This document shows positions 10,501 through 18,225 of a DNA stretch of 64,000 bases, piece after piece. The DNA is from a virus. Taxonomy: Duplodnaviria > Caudoviricetes. Position numbers and translations under genes: made by a program. Positions within the stretch are counted from its first letter, which is position 1. Every line of letters begins with the position of its first letter. The notes under the pieces are model-generated. The model did not search any database. It was not told the origin of the DNA and saw nothing but the letters and a program-made list of their open reading frames with translations. Location of the stretch: IMG/VR virus record IMGVR_UViG_3300030118_003411, positions 1,037 to 65,036 of that record. One strand, given 5' to 3'.

Positions 10501-12302
10501 AGTTTTTTCATTTTAGCAGCGTCTTTTGTTCTCATGACTTCTCTAAATTGAATACCAGCTTCCATTTCAGCATCCATCATAGCAAAACGTCCGGTTTCAG
10601 GATCTTGTCTTGCTACGGCACTTTCTGTCATGCGGTCTAGTTTAACTTCTTTTTGATCTGGAGAAACTCTTGTTTTTGTTTCAGCATCAACTCTTGGATC
10701 ATCTTCGGTTTTAGTATTCCTAACCCTTTCTCTAGCCTCTGCATTATTAGCTGCTCGGTTAGCATTCATTTCTTCAAAAAGAGGTCTATTAGAAACAAAC
10801 CTAGATCCAACTCCTAGTCCAGCTTCATCAGTGATAGCAAGGGCAGAAGTAATTTGTTGGTTTGATTTATTATTTGATTTTTTCATTGCTTTTGCGATAG
10901 CTGGAATACTTCCCAATGCTCCACCTAAAACAAATCCTAAAGACGTTGCTAGGGCAAATCTAGCGTAGTCAAATTCTTTTTCTCTTTCGGTGGTAGCACC
11001 TAAAATTCTGGCCTCTTCAATCATTGCTTTTTGTGATAAGATATCTGACAATCCGCCTTGAAGTGCGCCCGCTGTTCCTAGTTTAAGGAATGAGTCAGCA
11101 ATTTGTTTGAACCCGGCTTTCTCTACTCTAAAGCCAGCAGCCGCATATCGAGCAAAAGCACTTCCTTTTCCTGCATTGTGAAATAACTTAGCTACTCTTG
11201 TTCCTAATGATTTTCTAAATGTTTCTCTTGCTGAGTTTCTAAGAGCTTGTTTTCCTACTCCCTTTAGTGTTTGTGTTACTAGACCCTTACCTACGCCTTT
11301 AATAAGCCCAGCCAATCCTCCAAGTCCTAAAGTAGCGGCCATATCTGGGTCGTTATAAATCATAGAAGGAAGAGAATAAATCATCATTCCTGTTTGACCT
11401 ACTGCACTATTTTCATAATACGACTCAAGTGTGCTTTCTAAAGACGATCTAGTAACTGCTCTTCCTACTAAATAGTCTGCTGTTCTTTTGTTTTTAGCTT
11501 TTGTTAGCTCTTCAATATTAAAACCATTTCGATTTAAGACACTTAATAACCTTGCATTGTCTCCATAATTATCTTCAAAATATTTAATTGAATCAAAAGA
11601 TCCGTCAATTTTTGATATATAATTAGGATCCGTTTCAGCATAGTTTAAAGAATCTTGAATATCTCTGTAAGGAGATCCTCCGTTAACAAAATTACCAATA
11701 GCTCCGGCGTTATCAAAAAGTTGTTTAAACTTAGAATAAATATCCCCTAAGTATAGAGTATTAAATCTTCCCTCCATATCTTTATCTACGGGTCTTTCTG
11801 TTCCTGTAGAGGGAATATTAGCATAAGGATCTCCAATCTCACCATCTACAAGAATTCCTCGTCTTAAAGCATATCCTGCTGTATCGTTTCCAACCCAACC
11901 AGACCATCCATCTAAAGCTCCTTGAAGCAAGAAATTGCTAGATGCTTCCATAAAACCTAGAATGTCTCCCATCCACTCAAAACCGTATTGTGCTGCTTCG
12001 CCATAACCAAGACCTTTTGCTACATTAGACATTGTTTGTCCATATAAATCAAGACGTTTGGGCTGTCGTTGATAACTAGCTTCATCTTTTAAAGCCTCAG
12101 GACTTACATCTGGCATCATTTCATTGGGAATAAGATTTGTACCAAAAATTGAATCATAAATTCCTGTAGCTCCTAGATAGCTTAAATTAAAGTTTCTTTC
12201 TTTTTCTTTTCTAAAGAAATAATCGATTTCGTGTTCTTTATGCCTATCGAAATCATGATTTAAAAAATATCGTCTAGGAATATCTTGGTTTGTAAAAGGC
12301 AT
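1563..12302 (-). CDS. Giant polyvalent internal virion (ejectosome, gp16-like) protein with zincin peptidase, ADP-ribosyltransferase and sigma-like domains
   Basis: 3579 aa; last of the internal virion genes; HEIAGH...EFFAE zincin motif; NFKEWF..FHGT..GIYFTS..GYDGLII..EYIVFESTQVKSA ART-PolyVal motifs; Gly/Ala hydrophobic helices. Confidence 0.8.
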   Translation of the reverse strand: MPFTNQDIPRRYFLNHDFDRHKEHEIDYFFRKEKERNFNLSYLGATGIYDSIFGTNLIPNEMMPDVSPEALKDEASYQRQPKRLDLYGQTMSNVAKGLGYGEAAQYGFEWMGDILGFMEASSNFLLQGALDGWSGWVGNDTAGYALRRGILVDGEIGDPYANIPSTGTERPVDKDMEGRFNTLYLGDIYSKFKQLFDNAGAIGNFVNGGSPYRDIQDSLNYAETDPNYISKIDGSFDSIKYFEDNYGDNARLLSVLNRNGFNIEELTKAKNKRTADYLVGRAVTRSSLESTLESYYENSAVGQTGMMIYSLPSMIYNDPDMAATLGLGGLAGLIKGVGKGLVTQTLKGVGKQALRNSARETFRKSLGTRVAKLFHNAGKGSAFARYAAAGFRVEKAGFKQIADSFLKLGTAGALQGGLSDILSQKAMIEEARILGATTEREKEFDYARFALATSLGFVLGGALGSIPAIAKAMKKSNNKSNQQITSALAITDEAGLGVGSRFVSNRPLFEEMNANRAANNAEARERVRNTKTEDDPRVDAETKTRVSPDQKEVKLDRMTESAVARQDPETGRFAMMDAEMEAGIQFREVMRTKDAAKMKKLAESLGRVIKAIENKVKKSGKELSEEDRAFLNKLVAQENMFRRRLGMKEREVPSTESVKTTDKRQGARKAYAPLNTEEKARIDAKVKNNKASKRKSRMSKAERKKASRAMQDDKFFAGLSPEHAKVLELFNTLVGMGVLKPDAALVLRSILANQNPRYLRNIRYREETGDLIVTRPADETSGLSRSSQELQEDLLGTFAEVESRGEDGSVELILNLNEIKKASSVEQVGVFLHEIAGHVFHEDLPIHLQKKILDEYNNMTPDEVEVFKNILRALGADERQVAHAMSDPYEFFAELTRIVLTDRYDRAGVFDEAHNITMGLDAGSQYRILELIDSIYSFVVEKARTLVQNVLDVIRSTQEELDGGYRDLNARQERQMEIMEKLRESIEEDYLASLELDTYQSLSGTVIKNKLKRALTDYPLSKAIRDDIESHSRGAEERVKIFREDSDGTPTIKQREKLRQLENTTGDVFTKFIFYINDFLSSGPGSQKKLFLDNKTDVETFQNTITSYINELDQGTQSGKDLATYLTVRYLDPFEMFEYVLYVDKNGKPTKLSDLISQAAQIRSVIDPLRIDSEIIVASRTQKGNSLEANMDVLREVNFERRGVAKGLQIAFENSIDLGSELRGHPLTDMLDYGDFIDGTLSNALFLQERMKYPTLLNYKKGGEGAINQGIMSDVPASAIETARQYLHLRDRLARIEKGRDVDLRQNENFKEWFQKSKASHLDGTPMLLFHGTTAKEDFSYFDTNINTTDVGFYGKGIYFTSQANEANTYAGSGARKYGRVIPVYLSMQRPFILKSNEAFYEEISQFFDPNKPEMSFTESEYLLTLELLEGNIPESRIEKAKKVAKTVQDILKEQGYDGLIIEEGREYIVFESTQVKSAISNDGSYSRTEKVIRKAVAPENRDNIVPPAMDPEAAARIEKFNKLRNKEKVLFDPKSSLRLAEGHEDIASLPASKLEEMVLNGSLVVIDNKLQTKTKTILSAVKELVTEKTLNTIENLDNITPEAAVEAVSNNITNTAEAVTNQIGEAADKSTMRRTVSTQSKSKKLPESLVVDDSGNVDVVSFVSHTDSKGNPSVYDALIKSINGVVKNLQDAEDAAGEIIAQVMDGKITAKSDKTEGPKQLLSFLAGKGASLARSRFREEKGQFTEGGETKYRSLEFESAGVREAAEAMGSMSMRMTDVESGTMRGLEVSTAAKNRIDSMHKAGRLTDEEKFLLLQEWDFVINEKIYNRAKKEKERIQKKRSKLKAKGQVLSEEDAASLVEQTKIVSELKDRIAATPTALNRAFKKKFPQYKTLKKTQGDKLGTIDSIRESGKQKFVEEGTIDIDGETVAELVPESKPYDLEKAEAQMRQDGLQASVEKIDINESQTKADLEESKASTGVSKINKQREEKAKETTVSSNDSKTTVINTRSIKTIRTGEPTTFTVHEASTSKKPTKKATVATTSKPKAEAVRKEADQNKETVIKTSEVILKNPVVATKPITKAEDLIDQIPDDLLLVEGIDTFILKVTIKNGLDTLRKLGFVKTLQDEYDFIMSYLNDQHGIDAVIHIDGEDATIVLPAEVSRRNTVNETHSATGKVETDGVKVDEDAAVPDEEGNTKPIDDEDEQVVDNGRDAADGPEVEEGEAHAHDTDDMSVQDQVDAFILSDNEFLNSLGADIQLVSKLISLFPRSMHSFQAVSKLVGGYLLQASEIMKKNSANHGDEAVVYFWKQVDSIRLKNDKQRQKIEAMETKTIADLLSVKTDKQIYELAAKKTNKKFNKDNKKPRFQEPLQPEEYDALTGGRKFESEAEKMKRAEEQAGKFDGKAKGAVRRWFNKKDGNNHRVVREQGWIGTVFGASDIDSQNWWRNTMRNVMLFAQYGTGLKDTMYSYIPLMQKLSRFVDDTRFHTGHIVGAGKRPIRTWMASKSKADRFIGILMTENARLLRISNRYNSYNSIMSYIFNSRASKKAIDKNEIKELLTESGVPANKINDAVEEIFEASVKYNKTLTLMFKKVFELQEETGWKDFISGSKKAPLDPETYVPITLDPNKVASHSDAIEMMTKARRNTIKNRETIHKSIAYALGWLPVDIKEGDAPSSLFGQGTDRTGNPVSNLRSSLERVIDTNFDAETIAMNEKIRTRTNPLDSLKANERLHGRIGRDWFLIKDGDDYVIVKMPKKLEELSVSDRAKYMKAVDGDASNYTPNMIDFLKSTKNQDIIMAEMSELLSWKLGQGIYSNSVISAKNYKPILGLGDPEGRSVGVRIQNITPEEVMEFPELKEILQTNSALSTIDFLHGRLFELLAQQELDRMLGTKGIRMYEFLRQSRQLGLEEISKARHSPELEEMLTSSLNAGMDKIEEMYSMYSGKLSRIDDKYNPTNTQLYTVASNLVQGSTAWGYGIAAGTETLAITANSGILSANPAKIISNTITLLRNVFGDLRYDRAADRMEVADTIFAFDILNRNMTVRFLSEMDQTVETSLSSAQNWFGPEGAGLPKSVLDSNSRIPQELAGRFAYFANQVGSLHQVTNANRMMAITKYTRMIQKHLESGRLIKLLDKMEEPENANKIKNLEQKASTDRKAQKELIKFLKDLARKEGLNYQDVVPFMQYGLLNREMIDSLNSALKAIEAKNGRIDFAKLRDLYVQARTNKSKTDVDPDVLEDAVDRFIYMSEQLVTLRDVSEPMGLSIQTGTVGRTTVGRLLNKLFSWVQSYQYGTIANFGGRTTLKYLVGTLTIYAVADLVNRTFREWLAGRDAEDIMKEVEKEPIRYISKAAAGVPLLGRFNGFLGLVINSIQTALGVDPTDTFNPFGAPGLSALPKYVDKVARASKTTAELITGRSEKEFAEISAEYAKLALLDGPVNKSPLGIPVRIFEELEAIDEGSSLKEFLDSIQRDAQPYQRKRGRYRKQNYDFSAPTDGIGLLEQRRMSEQRLENIDLYNKTEKPAQIDRIRQSVAEMQRESGESFERPQRPQRPKGTPKSTELGSGPSRASERLADVLQKKQKK

Positions 12303-15300
12303 TAATTATCTCCATCAAATTCTGGTCTTGTTTCTCTGGTGGGTCTCATTAGTCTTTGTTTACGTTGATTTGTACCGGGAATCAGTCGTTCGTTCTTTAG
12401 ATATCTAATCATAAATAAAGCAAGGTCTACTTGGGTTTGTCTATCTAAACGGTTCCATGCGGCTCCGCCAATAAATGCATTTTCTTCTTTCCAATCTTTA
12501 AGAGCAATTTGAGTTTCCATAGATCCATATCTTGATCCTTTTTGACCGGAACTTAATCTATAACTATATTCGGCACTTCTTTTCATTTCTGCTATAGTCA
12601 TTTCGGGAAGATTTTCCATATAGATATTTAAAAGCGTTTCTGCATTTTCTGTAGAACTTATAGTATCTATTCCCGTATTCATAAAAGTAGTTACTTCGTT
12701 TATACCAGAAAGAAGTGCAGGGTTTTCTTCAATAATAGCTCTATTTCTTAATTCATTTTCTTCGCCCTCGTACATAATTCCTCCATATGCTTTTTTAACT
12801 GCATCTTGAAGAAGAATAAATTGATGTTCGTCAGATAATTCAGAAACATTATCTACGATGCTCTGTGCTTGGGCATAATAATAAGGTTTTTCTTTTGATC
12901 TTTGATATTCTAATTTTTGCTCTGGAGTTATATCTTCTGATGATTCTTCGGTTGCAAAACCATAGTACATAGTTGCTGATAAAACACCTTCTAACAAATC
13001 ATTATAATTAGCTTCTCCTTTATTTCTATTATATACCCCACTATATGTAAGTTTAAAAATTTCATCGTTTTTAACAATATTCATAACATCTTTCTTAGGG
13101 AGATTAAATCCATATTTTTTTCTAATCTCTTCAACAGCAAAACCAACACGAGTCATTACAAACTCTCTTGCTTCCTTAAGAGCATTTTTTGAGATAACTC
13201 CATTTTCAGCAATTAATTGATTTTGTTCTTCTACGGAAAGAGATGACGTATCAGTTTCTACTATTTTTCTATCTAAATTAGTAAGAACAATAAAACCATC
13301 TTCGTCAGATTCGCTTAAAATAAAATTAGAATCTTCTAAAGAATCTGGTAATTGTAAAACAGAAGAAATTCTAAGAGGAGCTTCTCCCAAAAGAGTTTTT
13401 ACTATTCTTTCTTGTTTTTTATCATCCTGAGTTCTTTCTTTAGGATAATCCATAGTTATATTTCTATTTGGTAGATCATCAACAAATATTGGATCGGCCA
13501 TTTCTCCAATCTCATCGGAAGCTTGTTGACCCATAAAAAATCCCCATCCGCTTTGACGAAGACCAGTACCTTGTTTTTGATTCTCAATATGAGTAGCTAT
13601 AGTGTCTGGGGTTGTTGTTTGTTTCGTCCCCTCCCTTGCTACTGACGAAAAATCAGCCTCAAAAACTACATCACTTCCATTTACAGACGTAAAATATGGG
13701 TTAATATCTATTACCTTTCCGCCTATTTCAACAGTGCTTGCATTAAAAGCATATCCTCCTCTATCAGGACTAGCTTGAGATCTTGTTTTAATAGCTGTTC
13801 TATCAGCCATTTTGTAGTTTAGTCTTGCTGTTGAGTAGTTTTCTATTAAGTACTTGTAGTTTTCTTTAATATCATCAAGAGTATCAAACGATCTGTCTTC
13901 TATCTCTAATTGATTAAATATTTCTTCTTGAACTTCTGGAGACATGAAGACCATTGTTTGATAAATAGCACCGGGATCTAATCCTCTTCCAACGCCTCTT
14001 TGTACTTCTTTTGCTTTGGTTAAAACTTCTTCAGACCACTCTGGTTCTCGCATTAAAATATTATTATCAATATCTAAGTTAATGTTTGATAAAGCTGGTT
14101 TAATAAATTGATCAATAGCTGTATCTGAACTTGTCATATAATCTTTTGGAGGGTAAAGTGCGGCGTTAATAATTAAGTTTGGATCTCCTGACGTTGCTTC
14201 ATACATAGCGCGATCCCAAGAATTTCCCATAGATACATCAACTAGCCTTCCATTCTCATCTGTAATAGGAACAATGTGTGCATTTTCTATTAATCTTTGT
14301 TTTAAAGGCTCTTTAATTTTATCATCAAGACTACTCTTTTCGATGACGCTTAAAGTAGCCATTAAAGACATGAATTCAATATTTTGATTAGGAATAAATG
14401 TGTTTTCATCTATTGTTACAGGAACTGAAGAAAAGCTTTGCTGTATAGATTGTCCTTTTCCTGTTATAAACATTTCACTAGGAAGACCCTTAGAACCATA
14501 AGTAACAATTTCAGTTTCTCTAAATATTCCATTTAAAATATCTACGACACCCTGCCTGTTTTGGTAGGCACCTTCTTCGCCCATTTTTCTTCGTGCTGTA
14601 ATATCTTCCAAAGTTCTTTGGTGTGCTTCATCGTCAATTTTACGCGCTTGTTGTAAAGCTAAGTTAACATCAACGCCGCCCTCTTCTGATTTGTAATATT
14701 CATACATTGTTAAACCAAGAAGAATTCTTGATTTTTGATCAGCGTTTAGTCCTGCTCCTCCTAAGGATTGGTCATTATTAATTAAAGATCTTACAGTATC
14801 TTCTCCGCCTGCGCTAAGATACGGAAATAAAATATAAGCTGAGTTTAAATCTTCTGGATTATTTGCAAACCTATTAGCGGCTTCAATTACTGGTTCTGGA
14901 GCTTGTTGTACAAAACTTGGATCTCCTAGCCTAGCCAAAAATCCCTGAGTTAATGACGCACCAATTTGTTGTGCTTTTTGGGGATACTGTTCCATTAGTA
15001 GCATGGGATCTTGAGACCAACTAATAACTCCGGTTTCTTCATTCACACTAAACATAGGAATTTCTTGGCCGTCTTTTGTGAATATTGTAGTTTCTGGAGT
15101 AAGACCTGCTTTAGATAGAGCGACTGGATCAATTTGCATTTTGTTCCATTGACTGTCGTTATACTCTTTACTAGAAAACCCTTGAGATGCACTTTGTATT
15201 TCTTTTACTCTTTCTTTAACTGCCCCAAATTCTTTTAACATTTCTGGGGCATTAAGAGAAGAAAAAATACGCTCAAAACCTAAACGAGCTTCTTCTTTTC

Positions 15301-16012
15301 TTCCCATAGTTCTTTCTCCGTTTAGAGAAGGATCTAACTGACGATCAAATAAAGCATATTCCATAACCATGATTTTTTCTTGTGTGGTCAGTTCTTCAAA
15401 GGTATTAGGGAGAAATAGTCCTGTTGTTCCAGTACGAACAGTATCATTTGACATCCATTCAGAAATTATTTTTTGTTGGTCTTCTGAAGAATATTCAATA
15501 TTAGCAAGTCCTTGTAAAGCTTCTAATTTAAGATTAGAAAATGCATTAGAAAGCCAAGCTGACTCGTCAAACGGACCCGCTTGTTCTCCGGCTTCTACGG
15601 CCTCAACATGATCTAAATATGCTCTTTCCATTTCCGAAGACAAACCTGACATTCTGTCTTTAACATCTACCCCTAAAGTTTCTATTTTGTTTTGTTTTCT
15701 TTTTGCATTAAACTCAAAGACATCTTGAGTAACAGACATTATGCTTCCTGTAATGTTGTCTACTACATCTGCCCACATTCCAGCGGTTCCTGTATCAAAT
15801 GTCGCAGCGACTTCTTGGGATGAAGGCATACTTGGGGTAGCATATTCAAATACAGGCTCTTGTTCTACAACTTCAGGGGTTTCGATAAATTGTTCTTCTA
15901 CCATCTGCTCTTGCATAAGGGGTAGATCAGAAACTTGCTGTCTTCTTTTCTTTGAGTAGTAGTTTGCTCTTTCCCTTTGTTCGGGAGTCTGCATAAAATT
16001 ACGCTTCGCCAT
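12302..16012 (-). CDS. Internal virion protein (gp15-like)
   Basis: Large acidic helical protein upstream of the gp16-like gene; start MAKRNF chosen; assignment by synteny. Confidence 0.55.
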   Translation of the reverse strand: MAKRNFMQTPEQRERANYYSKKRRQQVSDLPLMQEQMVEEQFIETPEVVEQEPVFEYATPSMPSSQEVAATFDTGTAGMWADVVDNITGSIMSVTQDVFEFNAKRKQNKIETLGVDVKDRMSGLSSEMERAYLDHVEAVEAGEQAGPFDESAWLSNAFSNLKLEALQGLANIEYSSEDQQKIISEWMSNDTVRTGTTGLFLPNTFEELTTQEKIMVMEYALFDRQLDPSLNGERTMGRKEEARLGFERIFSSLNAPEMLKEFGAVKERVKEIQSASQGFSSKEYNDSQWNKMQIDPVALSKAGLTPETTIFTKDGQEIPMFSVNEETGVISWSQDPMLLMEQYPQKAQQIGASLTQGFLARLGDPSFVQQAPEPVIEAANRFANNPEDLNSAYILFPYLSAGGEDTVRSLINNDQSLGGAGLNADQKSRILLGLTMYEYYKSEEGGVDVNLALQQARKIDDEAHQRTLEDITARRKMGEEGAYQNRQGVVDILNGIFRETEIVTYGSKGLPSEMFITGKGQSIQQSFSSVPVTIDENTFIPNQNIEFMSLMATLSVIEKSSLDDKIKEPLKQRLIENAHIVPITDENGRLVDVSMGNSWDRAMYEATSGDPNLIINAALYPPKDYMTSSDTAIDQFIKPALSNINLDIDNNILMREPEWSEEVLTKAKEVQRGVGRGLDPGAIYQTMVFMSPEVQEEIFNQLEIEDRSFDTLDDIKENYKYLIENYSTARLNYKMADRTAIKTRSQASPDRGGYAFNASTVEIGGKVIDINPYFTSVNGSDVVFEADFSSVAREGTKQTTTPDTIATHIENQKQGTGLRQSGWGFFMGQQASDEIGEMADPIFVDDLPNRNITMDYPKERTQDDKKQERIVKTLLGEAPLRISSVLQLPDSLEDSNFILSESDEDGFIVLTNLDRKIVETDTSSLSVEEQNQLIAENGVISKNALKEAREFVMTRVGFAVEEIRKKYGFNLPKKDVMNIVKNDEIFKLTYSGVYNRNKGEANYNDLLEGVLSATMYYGFATEESSEDITPEQKLEYQRSKEKPYYYAQAQSIVDNVSELSDEHQFILLQDAVKKAYGGIMYEGEENELRNRAIIEENPALLSGINEVTTFMNTGIDTISSTENAETLLNIYMENLPEMTIAEMKRSAEYSYRLSSGQKGSRYGSMETQIALKDWKEENAFIGGAAWNRLDRQTQVDLALFMIRYLKNERLIPGTNQRKQRLMRPTRETRPEFDGDN

Positions 16013-17084
16013 TATATAGTTCTCCAAAAAGATTAGCATACTTAGTAAAAGCAAGCATAATCATATCATTAATTTCTGTTTCTTTTACGGGTTCATTAGT
16101 TTCTTCTTCGGCTTTTCTAATCATTCCTTTGATTCCTTCGCTAAATAGAAACATAAGAGAGCCAATGCTATCTTCTTGCGGTTCTTCAATCATTGAGGCT
16201 ACGTCTCCCCACTTATCCATTGAAATATTTCCTTGGCTTATTTCATTTAACATAATAAACTTAATTTCTTCGTTCTGTTCTTTAATCTTATTTCTTGAGT
16301 TATTTAAACTAACAGATACTAAGTCTTTTATTTCTGGAAGAACAGAATCTCTTAAAAAGGAAGCTTCGGCAGGTAGAGGTTGAGGAACTTCTTCTGATAT
16401 TTCTTTAGAACTTTTTATTGACCAAGCTGGTTGGAACTCATTTTTTTTATTTAGTACTCCAATTCTTCCATCATAAATAGTAGCTCCTTCTAGAAATCCC
16501 ATTGTTTCTAATTTTAATATATCTTGAACATGATCATCTTCATTGATATCTGAACCAAGATCAGAATTTTGTAAAAGGGTGTTTACTCTATCTAAAGTAT
16601 TTTCTTTATAAGACACCTCTCCCTTTAGCATGTCTTTTGTTTGATTCACCATCATTAAACCAGCAAGAGAAGCCTCGTACTGAGAAGAAAGCCAGTTAGG
16701 CCACTTGTTAAGATTGTCTCTGATATAAAATTCTTTTTCAGATGTAGTTTTTAGTTTTCTTAATTTATCTTTAACTTGAGTTGATAATCCTTCTTTATAA
16801 AGTGAAGGATCTGGACTTAGTTTTTCATAAGTCTTCCAATAATATTCTTTTGTTGCTGGGTTCAAATCAAAGTCTCTTGTACCTACATTCCATGTATCAA
16901 AAGCCTTTTGTCGATCTTCTGGATATAGACGTTGAACCTGTTGAGCTAGTTCTTCTGATTTTTTAATGCTAACATTGGAAGTGTGTTGTTTTATTTGTAG
17001 ATCCAGTGTATTATAATCTGCGTTTTGTTGCCCAGACTCACTAGCAATTTCTTCAAGTTTTTGTAAAGATTCTTCTTTAGTCAT
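15999..17084 (-). CDS. Putative internal virion protein
   Basis: 361 aa, translationally coupled between the gp14-like and gp15-like genes. Confidence 0.5.
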   Translation of the reverse strand: MTKEESLQKLEEIASESGQQNADYNTLDLQIKQHTSNVSIKKSEELAQQVQRLYPEDRQKAFDTWNVGTRDFDLNPATKEYYWKTYEKLSPDPSLYKEGLSTQVKDKLRKLKTTSEKEFYIRDNLNKWPNWLSSQYEASLAGLMMVNQTKDMLKGEVSYKENTLDRVNTLLQNSDLGSDINEDDHVQDILKLETMGFLEGATIYDGRIGVLNKKNEFQPAWSIKSSKEISEEVPQPLPAEASFLRDSVLPEIKDLVSVSLNNSRNKIKEQNEEIKFIMLNEISQGNISMDKWGDVASMIEEPQEDSIGSLMFLFSEGIKGMIRKAEEETNEPVKETEINDMIMLAFTKYANLFGELYNGEA

Positions 17085-17722
17085 TATGGTCCTTCTACCT
17101 GTAGTTTTGTACTAAGTCCGGTACTAACGCCGCCTACAATACCATTTACAATACCAGCAGCTAATACTGATCCACTATTATCTGGAATATCTTCAGAGGC
17201 AGCAAAAAATTCTTGTAATGCGGGCTGTAAAAATTGAGCAGAACTAATAGAACCAGCAAGCTCAGAGTCTATATTTTTTATCTGCTTTTTATAATTAGAA
17301 ATAATAGCTGCATTTGACTCAGATGATTTTAACATATTTTGTCTCATAATAGCTTTTACAGTTCCACTAGAAGAACTAAGGCCTTTTCCGTTTGCCTTAC
17401 TAATTAAAGATGCATTAATAGAAGATGTTTGATTTCCTACTTGTTTAAATTGATTTCCTAAAGCCTGTCTAAGATATTCTTTTTTTTGTCCAGATCTAGC
17501 TCCTGCTGCTAAGGCTTGTAGTTTTGCTTGCTTAAACTGTGCGCCCCATTTTTCTAATGTTTGAATGTTATTTAAATCTGTTTGAATTCCACGAACAGTA
17601 TTTTGATATCTAATTTGTGCAATTTGAGCAGCTCTATTTGCTTTTTCTTGTTGAGAACCTAAGATGCCACTAAAGACACCACCGGCAACTCCAATTGCTC
17701 CCAATGCAATAAACGCTGGCAT
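17084..17722 (-). CDS. Internal virion protein (gp14-like)
   Basis: Gly/Ala hydrophobic termini flanking a Gln/Ala coiled coil, GLSSSSGT motif; typical gp14 architecture. Confidence 0.65.
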   Translation of the reverse strand: MPAFIALGAIGVAGGVFSGILGSQQEKANRAAQIAQIRYQNTVRGIQTDLNNIQTLEKWGAQFKQAKLQALAAGARSGQKKEYLRQALGNQFKQVGNQTSSINASLISKANGKGLSSSSGTVKAIMRQNMLKSSESNAAIISNYKKQIKNIDSELAGSISSAQFLQPALQEFFAASEDIPDNSGSVLAAGIVNGIVGGVSTGLSTKLQVEGP

Positions 17723-17724
17723 TT

Positions 17725-18225
17725 TTATGGCTCCTTTAAAAAGTTTCTTATTAAAACAAGAGAATCATTTAAATCTTCTGTATATACATTTATAAAAGAA
17801 GAATTATAGTATCTAAGATATTCTTCGATAATATCTGTAGATTTATTTATTAGTTCTAGAGCAGATGGAGAGTTTTCTGGTAGATCCCATCCTAGTTTTT
17901 TTAATTCTTTAGGAAGAACTCTTTCTATGCTTTTAATTTGTTTATCTTGATCTTTTCGCTCTAAAATAATAAGTTTGCTTATATTATCAACTGGAGTATT
18001 TTCTAAAACGGGAGGCCAAAGCTTTACTGCTTTTCCTTTCCAGTCTTGATGATGAATTCCATATAAATTTGTCCAAGGATTTATTTCGTAGTAACCGTTT
18101 TCGTTTTCTTCTTTAACAGCCCAATATGGAAACCTTTTACCCACAACGGGTATTCCCATTTTTTTAATTTCATGCATTAAAAAAGAAGTTCCAACTCTTG
18201 GTCCCGCTCCGGTAACTACAAACAT
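17725..18225 (-). CDS. Sulfotransferase-like P-loop protein
   Basis: N-terminal VVTGAGPRVGTSFLM resembles the 5'-PAPS-binding GxPRSGTS motif; NENGYYE and ILERK..QIKS segments. Confidence 0.55.
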   Translation of the reverse strand: MFVVTGAGPRVGTSFLMHEIKKMGIPVVGKRFPYWAVKEENENGYYEINPWTNLYGIHHQDWKGKAVKLWPPVLENTPVDNISKLIILERKDQDKQIKSIERVLPKELKKLGWDLPENSPSALELINKSTDIIEEYLRYYNSSFINVYTEDLNDSLVLIRNFLKEP

